From Chrysomallon squamiferum (taxonomy: Eukaryota; Animalia; Mollusca): 64,000 nucleotides of DNA. The notes below the pieces were generated by a model that was not told the DNA's origin, did not search any database, and saw only the letters and a program-made list of their open reading frames with translations. Positions 13,923-27,153 of this stretch are shown piece by piece (positions within the stretch are counted from its first letter, which is position 1; every line of letters starts with the position of its first letter). The stretch lies in assembly GCA_012295275.1 (NCBI GenBank), contig CM022671.1:32178001-32242000 (forward strand), in the 5' to 3' direction. A program made the position numbers and the translations under genes.

Positions 13923-16244
13923 CTTTTATTTGAAATCATAAGAAACAAAATTCACATATGAATCTATTTTAGAAAAGATAAGATGTAATTGCTTGCATAT
14001 GTTTATGCCAAAACATATTTTTTAATAACTGTTTTATTGTATTAAAAATTTCAGTTGGCTGTCACTAATTTTAACCCAGTAGGCTGGTTACAAAACATAG
14101 AAAAGATGCTTTGTTTTTCATGAGTTTTTGTTTTCACATATAATACACCAAATTACAGTACAGCTCAAAGATAATTATATGATCTGGGCGAACTCATCAG
14201 ACACAAGACCATGAATAAATAATTTAAAAAAAATAAAAAACCTGTATAAATGATAGTCATTAAAATATACCACAAGTTTTTACAGTTTTTATTGTACCGA
14301 TTTCCTATTGTTTGTCACTTTATAAAACTGTGTGTGAAATTGATGAGGTCCATTGTGTAAATTAACAAAAGATTATTTTTATTTAGAAATTATTGTTTTT
14401 TAATTGTATATTTTTTGTTGTGTTGTTATTGTCAAAGGTAGAGTTTCACGTTAGTTTAAAAGGAAGCAAGAAATTTAATAGAAGGATAAATAAATTATAT
14501 GTTACAGTTCACAACTTTTTATTTTATTTTGCTTAAAAAGTAAAGTAATATTCTTGCACTGACAAATGAGTTTCTATAGACTTTTTTCTCCCATTTATTT
14601 GTTGATTATTTGAGTTTCTGAGCAATAATGTCTTTGAAATGGGGGGGAAGGGAGAAAAAAAGAGCCATAACTTTGGACCAAATAATTTATGGGTAATCTA
14701 AAAGTAAATAAACATTTCCTCAGATGTTTTTTTCTTTTCTTTTTCTAACAAATATATAATCAGTAATCTGGCTAAATGACACCGTAAAAAATGTACAATT
14801 CCTTTTTTGTTCTGTTGTTTAAATTTGAAACCTTATTTAAAAAAAAATTCAGAAATGAAGAAGAAATAAAAAATATTTTAATTGCTTGTAAATCAAAGAC
14901 AATCATTAAAAAGGGGAAATAAAAATTTAAAGTAGAAACTACACCCTAAGCTGTTGCTTTGCACAAGCAGAGTGGTACTCTGGTGTAACATTAACTACTA
15001 TCTGCGATTACAAACCAAACAAACTTCACTGGAGTGTCTTAATGCTCTAGGATATTGCTGTGAGTTGAGGTCCTTGAGCGGCAGTTATTAAGACAGATTT
15101 TGTCTCCCAGACGACACTCAAGTCTGATAAGAATTCATGCTCTTCCTGCATATTAAACACAGTTTCCACCAGCCAGGCAAAGTAGTGGCTCTGAACAACA
15201 GGCAATTACAGGAGACAGGCCTTGTATTAAGACTGTGTATCGATCCACAGTCCCAAACGGTGATTACTGGACCTCGCAACACACTATGCTTTTGATTGTA
15301 CATACCCTGTGTGACACAGGTCCCTGCTCTTTGGTCTAACAACATTGTCAATCTGGCCAGCTGAGAGAGAGGCTTCCCTGGCTTTAGCGGGCAATAAAAC
15401 CATTAAATCAGAGTTATCTTCATGGTGATGGCGCTATCTTGTTGGCAGAGGATTTTAGTCACTGCAGGTAGCCTTTGGAAACATTACACCAGTTAATATA
15501 TCTGTGGGGATTTAGAGACCCAGAGGCAATATAATAAATTCAATTACTGTATTACTTGTAGCTGGAGTAATCTGAATGTGTTCTGGAAATTGATGTTGTT
15601 TATGATTCATTCACTGGATGGTTTGTGCAATTATCTTCCTTGGTAAGTACCATGCATTTAGTTTTATTGTGATTTTATGGGTTTTATGTTCTGAAAAAAT
15701 AGCGGCTTTAAACATCCTTTGAAAACTGTAATGAAAACTATTACTGTTATTATGATTATTTATAGAAAAGAAAGATCCCGTTAATGTGAATTGCTTAAAA
15801 AAAATGTATATAAAAAAATATGTATACGAACATTTATGGTGGTTGTTATTGCTTACAAAGAATATTAAATAACAGCAAAATGAAAAAAAGAATTTGAATA
15901 CGGTTACGTAAATACATTATATGTCAGATGTCTAAGTGTTCAGAATAAATCATTGTGTGGCTCACTAGGGGAGCAGGTGCTTTGTTTCAGCTACATCAGA
16001 AAGAAATATCTTTACTGTTAGTTGCCCACAGCAGGTTTCTTTTTTTTTACCACATTACTCTTGTTCTTGACATTTTGATTGATTTATTTTAAACTGTATA
16101 TATGATACAGATACTTTTTTATGTGTATAAACATAACAAATGATTGTAATGATCATGAGAGGAGGTTTTGAATTGCAGATTATTTTTCATATGTGACATG
16201 TCTAGCAGTGACATATTACTGCTATAAAAAAGTACTGATATACA

Positions 16245-16372
16245 CTCTCTCTCTGTGTATGTATGTATGTATGTATGTACATGTGTGTGTGTGTGTGTGC
16301 ATGTTTGCATGCTTGTGTGCCTGTGTGTGTGCATGTTTGCATGCTTGTGTGCATGTGTGTGTGCATGTGTGT
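16245..16372. repeat. Compound (CT)/(TATG)/(TG)/TGCATG microsatellite
   Basis: Direct reading; six TGCATG hexamers. Confidence 0.85.
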
Positions 16373-19300
16373 TTTCATATAAAAGTTTAAAGCTGGGATC
16401 TGTATTGGTGTTGAATTTTTAGTTGGTTTTTTTATTATTATTGTTTCAACTAGTATTAACAGATGACAGATAAAAAAATATATTGTATACATTTTCCTTT
16501 TCACATGTATCATCCATTATAAAGCTAGAAAATCATTAGTTTTGAGTTGCTTTTCTGATCTTTCACAGAATATTCACAAATATTAGCTTGATACTGCTGA
16601 GTGTGGCAAGTATTAATTTTCATGTGATCAGTCAATGTTGACAAATAAGTAATGAAAATGATGAAGTATAGTAGAAGCACATATTCTTTATCACATGTAT
16701 CATTATTCACTTTTGACAAATAACATCTACAAACATGATAAGTTATGAATTTTTTATTTTTTTTTTTTATTTTTTTTTAGTTAAGAGATGCACATTCTTT
16801 TTTTTTTTTTTTTACATATCAACCATAACTGATAACTAACCTGAATCTAAATCATGAATCTGTATTATCTTAATGTGTATTTTTTTTTTTTTTTTTTTTT
16901 TTCATTTTTTAAATTTTTTTTTCTCGTAATTAACAAAAGTAATGCATTATTCTTTTTTTTTTTTTTTCTTTCTGTAAAGTATTGACCAACACAGAAAAAA
17001 ATCTAATGAAAATCATGAACTGGGAATAAGAGATAAAATTTGTATTCTTGTTGGGTTTTTGGTTGTTGTTTTTTTTTGATTTGTTGTATTTATCAGAAAG
17101 CTATGAATATGATGGGTTGGGTGTTTTGGCAATAAGTTAGAGAAAATAAAAAACAGAAATTGTTAATTCCTATAGCAGAAGCTTTAAGGAAATTCTTGAC
17201 AGTTGTGTGTATACTTGTGTTCAAGTGGAAACAGCAGGAAACTGGCAAAAGCCTCTTGAAACTGGGTGCCAAATTTCTAACAGTTCATGTCAGATGAAGT
17301 GGGTCTTGATGTTCAGAAGCATTTAAATGATGGATTCATTGGTGACTTTGCAATTACAGGCTACACTGTCCTTGTTATCACACAGGCTTTTTAAATTTAA
17401 TTTTTTTTTTTTTTTTTTTTTTTGTACACTGAAAGCTGGACCACCCATCTCTTTGTGTGTATGGCATAAACTGTTATAAACATGTGTTCTTTGGGAATAT
17501 GCCCAATGGTGCCTAATGTCATTCTGTTGCATGTTTTATGTATCTTAATGGATTCTGGCTGGATTTGTTGAAATGAAATTGTCTGTTAGCCTGTCAAATG
17601 CATTCCCCGGTGAGATCTCTTTAAATATTGATGTAATTTATCAGCTTCAAATGGGCATTGTGATAGGCAGTTGTGTATATATATTGTATTTATGGTTTGA
17701 TTTGTATTTCACTTCTCTCAGTGTTTTCCAAATTTAGATTTCACGTTTTTCTGTCAGTTGATGACAGTTGTTTACAAATGATTAATTCATGTCAGTTTAC
17801 ATTTTGTTATTCAAATAATTTCAGTTAAACAATTTCAGTTAAATAATTTCAGTGAAAAAATATCATTTTACATAAATATACTATCATTTGCTAGTTTCAG
17901 TTATAATTGCATTTACAGTTGTTGGAAACATTTAACAAAAAATATTTGTTTGTTTGTTTATTTTTGTTTCATTAAAAAAATTGTTATTTTTAAATCTAAT
18001 ATTCTGTTTATAACATTAAACTCAGTATTTTAATGATGTCACGGTTGGACCAGGTGTGACAGACAGATAGACAGATAGATAGGTTTGCTGAGGTTATTTG
18101 CTACTCTTATTAAAAACAAATTATTATCTTTTTTGTTAAATCTGTTAAATGTTTAAAACAAAACAAAATACTAACAATACTGTTTTAATATGTTCAATAA
18201 ACATTTAATTAATGTTTTAATCACTTTAAGATAATTACAGTTATAGTATTTATAATATTTTATAGTTAAATAAAGTATAATCTTTTTATCACTATACAGT
18301 TTTAGTACACTTTTTATGGAACTGTATATAAAACTGTCATCAGAGCTTATTAACCTGTAGTTCATGCCAGGTGCATCTGCTTCCTCCACTACTGAGTAAA
18401 AAACAGGCCATGATGTGTACTTTACCCTTTGTGGAAAGTGATCTTGAAAGAGAGTTAATTGTAGACAAAATATATCTGTTAATTTAGAAATATGTCTCTT
18501 TTTTTTATGGATAAGATTTTTAAGGAAACTAGTGATTTTTAATATGTCTTCTGCATGGTTGTGTGTGTATGTGTCCATATATTTCAGTGTATTCTTTGTG
18601 TTGTTTTGACAACATTTCGGTTGTAATTTTGTAATTATCTACATCGTTACTTATAAAGTCAGTGATTTAAACTTGCTAATGACATTTTTCTAACAGTCAA
18701 TTTACCTCATACAGTTTAATCAACAAACTAGAACATTTGTCTGCAATGATTGATTGGGAAATAATTTTTTTCTTCTTTCTTCCCTTTTTCTTTTTCTTCT
18801 CCTCTTCTCAAAAATAAAAGTCACATCACTCCCATTTCATGCCATGTTAGTATTAGCCTGTAATATCATAATTAGCAATTTCCTGGCATCGATTCCTTAG
18901 AAAAAGAAAATCAATCTCCACCAGTGCCTGCTCCATTCATTTGAACCTTACGACAGCAACAACAGCATGCCTGCCATGGTTCTGCTCAGACTTATTATAC
19001 ACTCGGCAGCTGAAATCAATTCACTCACCAGCTTTTTGAAATTCCATTCTTTGATCTTCTGCTTGGAATATCGATCACATTGCACGCAATAAAAACGAAG
19101 AATGCACTTAATTTGAAAAACCGTTCCCCCCACTCCTCGCCTGTATAAAATGATGAATGTTTATGAAGCACTAACCAGAATGCTTCGGTACATTTATTGG
19201 TGTTAAATAGTTTCCGTCAACTTCGCTCCCAGCTAGAAAGAGGAAATTAAGCAGGCATGCCAGCGAGCTGTTTGTGAAACCAACATTACAACCTTTTTGG

Positions 19301-22300
19301 ACAATGGACTGATTGATCCATTATGATTATTTTGAGCTCGAGAAAATTGATGTGCTCGACAAATTGACTGTTGGGTCTATAAAAGTCAATTTAGTTCACT
19401 TGCGGATTATTTGCATAAAATAAATTGTGGAAATAGCAATTATTATAATTACTATTTTTTTTTTTTTTTTTTTTTTTTTGAATTAATGTTCTGTTTCCTT
19501 TTCAGTTTTTTTTTTTTTTTTTTTTTTATTAGTTGTTGTTATTTTAAATAATAAAATGTAGAAATGTGTATTTTAAAATGAGGTTAAAAAAAAGGAAAAA
19601 AAAAAAAAGATATTTAATCAATATTTTTCAATGCCAGGATATAATTATGTAATTAAAATAAAGCTTTAAATTCAACAGTTTATTATTTTTCTGCTAATCT
19701 TTTGATCATAGTCTGTTATCAGATTGATGAAATTACGCCAAGCAGATAGAGCTGGAATTAATCAGACACATTCAAAACAAATTGATTTTGTATTCCATTA
19801 ACATAACTAGAACTGAAGGTCTGGTCACATCCAAAATCAGCTAACACTGATTTCATTAATTCTTTATAGTCTGAATGTTCACCAGACCCTTTAAAATAAC
19901 TCATGTGGAACATAAGGCTAAGGTCAGATGGACAGGATCAGTGGTCAGCTGTGAGGCGTGGCTATGATAAAATGGTTGAAAGCACCAAGGGTCACTAATT
20001 TCACACCTGCCAGTGTCCAAATTACCACAGGTCATAACAGGAAAGTCGTTGCAATGTATTTATCTCAAGACTGCCTTCTGGGTCCTTGTGTTCTCTTGCA
20101 TCACTTTGTCTTTTGACCCGGGGCAGCTTTTTAAGTAGAGCTGGGAATAGATTGCAGAGAGGAGTAGGAGGTCTGTGTTAAGGGCTTGATTAGTCATAAG
20201 TGCTTATTGTCACTCTTGCATGCCCCCAGAAGATCTTAATCAGAAACAACAATTTGAGTAAATTTGTCAGTGGAGAGGAAAGTCATCCCCTGACACAAAA
20301 GTGCCATCCATTTTATTCATTAGCATGTAAGGTTAAGTCTTTTGGGAGGTTGTTGTGGAAATTACACCAATTGGCTAATCTTGGAAGTCGAATGAAAAAT
20401 TAATCTTGCAAACATAACAAGGTTACAGCGTGCTTTCTCGCCTGAGACTTGACAGCTTCTAAGCTTGGCTCTCTTCAATTACTCTTCTTTGTGTTGCAGC
20501 TATCTGGCAAATTAGGTCTGTTTGGACAATGACAGACCTGTTGTAACAAGATGGTGTGAAACAATAATTTGTGCCAGCATGAGATCGCTGCTAATACAGA
20601 GCTCTGCCATCTGTGACACTGTCTATTAGCTTTGTTGACTGTTTTTTTTCTCCTTATTATTAATTTTTTATTCTCTTTTCCATTTTCTGTTTTTTTTTTT
20701 TTTATGAATTTTTTTTCTTTGTTTACTTTAATGATTGTTTTTATTCCTCTCTTGTTTTATTCATTTTTTGTATTTCTTTTGTTTTTGTTTTGTGTAATCT
20801 AGTATTAACACCATAGGTCACACTGAAAACTAGTTGTTTGTTCATATAAATAGTTGTGTCAATGACACTTAGGTTTTTATTATTATTATTTTATTTTATT
20901 TATTTATTTATTTATTTAATCTATTAATTTCAGGATTCTGTCATCATCATCATCATTATTATTATTATTATTTTTTAACATTTATTGACTAACAACAGTA
21001 CAAAATATATTTTAAAAAAAAGAAGAAAATTCATTAATATTTACAGAAATACTTTAAAAGATTATAAAATGTTAATATTATTTTGAAAGATTATAAAATT
21101 TGTCTTCTGTTTGTTTTTATTTTTTCAAACAGAGCAAACTGTTTCTTTTAAAAATTGTTCTTTTAAGAGATTATAATTGTCATATATAAAACCGGAAGTT
21201 ATTTTAAAGTTCAAGATTATGAAGCTTATTGTGTATATTCTCTTCAGTAAACATTTACAAATAACTCAGACAACTCATGTTTAGGTTATCTTTTTATGAT
21301 ACAAGTCTTTTTTTTTTTTTTTTTTTTTTAAATTTATAAAAATGTTTTACGTCACAAACATCACATAGAATAATACTGCAGACAGCTTTAGAGATCAGAG
21401 TGTATTATAAACATAATCTTTTCATTAAAAACATTCCATGTACTTTTTTAAAGATGTACAGAGCAGCATTCTTGGTGGTTCCCCACATCCTAGTAATATC
21501 CTGTTTATAAACAGTTAAAAATTCCCTGTATTTATGTGGAAATGCTCTTGTAATACAACATAATACGATTACATGATAATTGTCAAAGCTTCATGGAGTC
21601 TCAGAAATCTTGTTTTATCTGTGTAGCCAGAGTTTGAAATCTTTGATCGGACTTCTAAACATGTAAGGCGTGATGACAACTTCACTTTGAAGCTTTCTTT
21701 GATCCATGTAACAATGGAACCGTGCTGCTCAATGTTGACTTGGGATTATCAGTCCCTGTCACAACGACGTTGTTGTCTGAGGGAACTCTTGTATGTTGTA
21801 GTGCAAGTGAAGCGTATACAGTGTTCTCACTTTGTTGACAGATTTCTCATGAACTTCCTACATTAAGATGGCAGTCAGCCTGTACTGGTAATATAATAAG
21901 CAAAATCAAGTTTAGCTGAGCTTTAAGAAAACTTACCATTGATTTTACAGTCAATAATATGTTCATTTTAGCATATCCTGTGTGTGTATGTATTTTGTAT
22001 TTTGTATATTATGTATGGTATAAATGTTTTGTATATGGATGTATAAATGAATATTCATGTATATGGGTATGGGTATAGGTGTATGTGGAAGTTTTGTAAA
22101 TCCAAAGAATTATCTGTTTATTCGCTGGAAATTAATGCATCTCTAAGGAAGTCTGATGTTGTATTTTGCATTGGCAGTTTAACTCTAAGGATGAACTTAG
22201 TGCACTAAAGTGTGTTCTGACATAAAACCAGCTGTCTTTACTGTGATTGTTTTCTGAATTACATCTGGCTACTGTATAAAATCCTCTAGACATTTTGATG

Positions 22301-22492
22301 ATTTCATAGTATTATTTCAGTAAAGAATTCTCACATTAATTTGTCATTAAATAAAAATTTATGTTTAGCAAAACATGTTGAAAAAAAATATTTTTCTCTT
22401 TCATGCTGATTTGTTCTCGCACACACACACATGCAAGCACTCATTCACTCTCACACAGATACATAACTCTTTCTATATTTCTCCGTCTCTCT

Positions 22493-22495
<3 letters not shown>

Positions 22496-22579
<84 letters not shown>

Positions 22580-22584
22580 CACAC
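22496..22584. repeat. (CT)n(CA)n compound microsatellite
   Basis: Direct reading. Confidence 0.95.
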
Positions 22585-23147
22585 AAAAAGACACATAAAA
22601 AAACAATCTTTTTAACCCAAAACTGCTTGTTTTTTTATGATTGGTTCAGTTCTGAGTTATAAATTTCTCTTTCACTTCTTCCTAACTTTTTAATAGCTAC
22701 TTAAAAAACATCATAAACATGACAAGTAAATGGAAGATATGACCTGTATGTAATGGCCATCTGGGAGGTGCAGGGTTGTGAAGTAGGAGATTAGCTACAC
22801 ACAACAGCAGTAAAAGTGTCCGGTGAACTCTTCAGAGGTGGAACAGGTTTAAGATATTCAAGAGCAGGCCCAGTCACAAAGTCACAGTATTAGAAATAAC
22901 AGCTGTTAGCAGCTTTAAACTACAGAACGATTCATAGCTGGGAAGAACTACTGATTTGTAGATAATAATTATACTTTGACAGCTGGCTGCTTTTCAAGTG
23001 TTTGTAGTATGTTGGATATATTTAGTCTTAATGATATTTGAGAAGCTAATACATGTGAAAATGTATCTGGCAGATGGTAATTAGATATGACATAATTTGT
23101 AACTAAATATGTGATGGATATAGAGGGAGGAAAATAAAGAATTAAAA

Positions 23148-23202
<55 letters not shown>
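23148..23202. repeat. (AAT)n microsatellite
   Basis: Direct reading. Confidence 0.95.
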
Positions 23203-24689
23203 TTAGTAATGATAATAATAATCATCATCACAACAAAAACAGCACTAACAACAACAATAATAATAATAGTGATATTTGTCCCATTCCCTTAAAACATCAA
23301 AAACAATAGCTTTCCTGGTATTTTATTTTATTTATATGATCTTAAATTCTTTCTGTAAAATATTTAATTTTTGAATTTGATTTACATAGTAAATGTCAGC
23401 AGTTAAATAAAAGAGAAATAAACAGTTTTAGTTTCAAATGAAAAAAATTAGAGAGAAAAACTACTTAAAGCTACACTGACAAATCAGTATTCCTTCAATA
23501 ATGATTCTTTTTTCCACAGATAGCAATTAAACATGTGTGGGCTTATTTCAAACAGTGATTATACAGTTTTTCTTGGCCTTGTTTGATCCTGACATAAACC
23601 CGCTCAGCACTAGTACAAAGGAATAAATTGAAATGAAAATAAAGGAGTCATTGCTCCTGTGATTCCAGTTTAAGCAGAACTGATAAAAGAAAACTTCCCT
23701 CGAGCTCTTTCTGTTTAACTGTTTGCTTCACACATTAAGTTTCAGCTTCATTAAAAACGACGAGCCTCGAGGCCGCAATAAACTTTTATTGATGCTTTGT
23801 CTTTTCCCCAGGAGCCATTTTTCATGATTATTAGCTGTGACTTCTAAGTAAGCGTACAAGTTAAAAACACTAGAAGATAAACAACATTATACTCTTGATT
23901 GCCTTGCTCAACAAAGCTAATGTATTTTGATGTAGTATTTCTTCTACTTGTCTCATCTGATGATAAATAATCCTTACCCTCCTCCCCCCCCCAACACACA
24001 CACACTTTAAAGTTTATAAATTAAATGGTTTTGATCATTGCCAATCTCTGGCAATTTATTGGAGTAAATTGATTTGTATTAAAAACATTCAGCCTTAATC
24101 TTGTGGTTGATAAAAAACAAAATTCTTAATATTTCAGAGTGATTGGGTTTTGATGTTTTCATTTTGGAGTAGGAAATTTACTGAATGTTACAGTCTATTG
24201 AAACTGCTGGATTTGAAATTTATTTATTATTTTTTTTAAATTGTGTTTCACCTTTGATCAGTTTGGTAATAATAGTCACATTTATTACCACGGATTTGAT
24301 GTAATAAGATGGTTTTTAATGTTTAACATGAGCAAACTCAGATTAAATTTTCTGCTCAGTCAGTTGGTTGAATTGGTTGGGTAACTTGCCTTTTGCAAAA
24401 ATATTATTTTAAAAGAAAATGATGATATATTTTTAGTTAATTGAAAAATTAAATTTATGTGTTTTTGTCGAGCAGTTTTTTCTTTTTTTATAAAAAGAAA
24501 AAAAACATAATTTCTACAGAATTATTTAATTATTTTTTTTCAGAGAATTAAAAATAAAATATTACCTTTTCTTTATTTTCTGTTTTTATTATTTTTTTAA
24601 ATTGATTTAAATGGTCAAATATTACAGTGCTGTACAAAACAAACTGTATATTTTATTTATTTACTTATGTTGATGTTTTCTTCTTCCAG

Positions 24690-24824
24690 CAGAATTTGAA
24701 CCAAAATACTCCGGCAGCCAGTGACGAATCCCAGACAACAGAAGAAGGTGATATAGAGGACCCGCCACAAACCAATGGCCCCACCCATCCACCTCGCTGT
24801 GTGTCACGTGATCGACTAAGTGAT
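24690..24824 (+). CDS. AUTS2: Internal coding exon of an AUTS2/FBRSL1/tay-family gene (equivalent of human AUTS2 exon 3): QNLNQNTPAASDESQTTEEGDIEDPPQTNGPTHPPRCVSRDRLSD
   Basis: Pyrimidine tract plus ttccAG acceptor (AG 24688-24689), with a second CAG ending 24692. Donor GAT|GTACGT. 135 nt, open, phase 0/0, GC- and CpG-rich island in AT-rich DNA. Ends in SRDRLSD, matching the recalled SRERLSD of AUTS2. Confidence 0.88.
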
Positions 24825-26753
24825 GTACGTGTTGTCTTTTCTTTCCATCGTTTTTCATTTTTGTGCTCGTTTCTTCTTCTTTCTTCCCAACTGAAAATCC
24901 TCTAACTACCATTGCTATAATTATTTACATTTTTAATATTTATAATTTTGCTATTACAGAATTAGCATAAAGGTTGTTATGTGTTTCATTAAATAAAGAA
25001 GAAACAGATAAAATAAATAAACTAGGCTTTGTGGATTTAAAATTGTATTCGTGAGTAAAACAGGTGATTCAAATCATGAGTAAGGTAAAAGCATTGCACA
25101 ATTCGCTAAGTTATAAATACAAGATATTTCTGATACAAAAGTGAATTTATCATCTTTTATTCTTAACTGACATGTTTAAAACATTTTTGTTGTAAACTAT
25201 GCTGATTCACATATTAATAGTTATAGTGGTACAAGGTTCCATTGTAGTTATTTATATATACATATTACAAACAGTGAAAATGATATTTTTGTTTATATGA
25301 TAACAGAAAGTTTGCTTAGGACTATAAGATAAAATAATTTTTCCATTTTTGATAACAAAAATAGACTAGTAGTTTAAAATGTTTAAGTTGACAATCATCT
25401 AGGAAAGCTATAAAGATTTATTTTTGTAATCAGAAAATTGTTTCATTTGTTTAGCAAACACTTTTTTCAGTGAATTTCAAAAATGTACTAAATGCAGAAA
25501 TAAATTAAATTTTATATTTATTACTTGTTCTGAAATAGAAACATTTCAGATTACAAGCATTTTGGATGAAGGATTCTCAATCTATATTGTGACTATAAGC
25601 GGAGTAACAGATTATATCTTTGCTGCATTTTGAAATGTCATATTAATTTGTCTGTACTTGCTGACCCACCCATTAAATGTTGATAAATTAAATTTTACAA
25701 ATTATATATAAATTATAAAACTTAAAAAAAAAAAATACAAATAATTTTGCAGAAATGAATATTAATGTGTGTTTTTTTTTACAAAAATAAATAAATTTAT
25801 ATATATTTTTAAGATATTAATAATAAATAAATAAAAAATTTAATAATCCTTTGTTGTATAATACAAAAAAAAAATCCTATTTGCTGTTGCTTTGTTTGCT
25901 TTGTATCCATCCATAATGGCTGACATTTTATGGCCAGTTGGAGATATAATCCCTTTTTAAACCTGATAACTGTAGCATGGCCCACAATTAATTACTGCCA
26001 TACAAAATTTCATGCCAGTCTGCTTTATTGATTGCAAAAATATTGCTTATCTATTATTACTGTCAATCGGGTTTTATTTCATCGCTATATGAAAGGAAAT
26101 AGTGTAAATTGATTGGTTGCTTCTGTAATGGACAAGGGGTAAAGGATGCTTTTTATCAAAAAAAATAAAGAATCCTATCAGCTCTGTTCTCTACAATGCT
26201 TCCCTATTGTAAGCTAACATGGTGAAAAGCCATTGATTGGATTCAGATTTTCAGGAGGAAGAGAAGCTTTCTGAATCGTTATCGGGCTACCGGCTATAAT
26301 ATGATTATTATCGCAATACAAGGAAGCAATCGTCCAGAAAGATATAACACTCTTCACACTGCCATGCACATCTTCCTGTCGCATCAATTATAGCACGCTG
26401 CTCTCGAGAGCATGGCGCTCAATCAATAGGTCACAAGGAGAAATCTGAAACATGCTTGGGCTGCAAATGAAGTGTGTTCCTATTGTAATGGCTGCTAGAG
26501 TGAGCCCTCATGAGTTGGCATTCAGCTCTTTTCCTTGTGTTTGTAATTTGCTGTGTGTATGTCTGTGTGTGTGTCTATAAAATTAACCCCTCATTGATGG
26601 ATTGATGAAGAGGCTTGGAAATAGAACTGTATTCGTGGAGTGAAAATTTTATTATTGACTGGTCTCACCGAGACAGGTGGCCTCTTGAATGATCATCTGT
26701 GAGAAAATGGAAATAAAAGAAAATTTAAAAAGAAAGAAAGCCAACTAAAATTG

Positions 26754-26788
<35 letters not shown>

Positions 26789-27048
26789 CTCTTATCATGG
26801 CAGCTTGAAGGCAGAATGCATGATGTGAAAAACTTGTTAAACAAGACTCTTTTAAAGTTAGCACTGTACTTGCAATGCTGTGAACATTGATTTTATGTCT
26901 TGTTGAGGTCATGGTGGCTAGCTGTTTTGTAAGACAAGTATTTGACAAAGTAGTTTTTAAAATATTCCATTTCTTTCACTTGATTTGATAGCTGAAAGCT
27001 TCGTCATGAAAGGATGCTTATTTGTTCTTCAATCTTGATTTTTTTCAG
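24825..27048 (+). other. Intron, 2224 nt, GT-AG, phase 0
   Basis: GTACGT...tttcAG joins two in-frame exons. Confidence 0.85.
26755..26785. repeat. (CA)n microsatellite
   Basis: Direct reading. Confidence 0.95.
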
Positions 27049-27084
27049 ACAAGTACTCACTCCAGTTCAGGCCAGGGATATATT
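27049..27084 (+). CDS. AUTS2: 36-nt coding microexon (equivalent of AUTS2 exon 4): TSTHSSSGQGYI
   Basis: tttttttcAG acceptor and ATT|GTAAGT donor. 12 codons, phase 0/0. Same length and S..SS.G.GY pattern as recalled AUTS2 SSAPSSLGTGYF and FBRSL1 SSAHAVSGRGYS. Confidence 0.9.
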
Positions 27085-27116
27085 GTAAGTATTAGCCTTT
27101 TTATTATAATTATTGC

Positions 27117-27153
<37 letters not shown>

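Larger units (their letters stand above)
1..24689 (+). other. Large intron upstream of the first visible exon (its donor lies before the window)
   Basis: No convincing constitutive coding exon. T-rich sense strand, ending at the acceptor at 24689. Confidence 0.7.

Noticed and set aside
20470-20535. Strong acceptor-like tract ending gttgcAG at 20499
   Set aside because: Phase-0 stop after 10 codons and no good donor nearby.
24742-24753. Internal donor GAAG|GTGATA in the 135-nt exon
   Set aside because: Gives a 58-nt exon that shifts the frame and loses the conserved RDRLSD motif.
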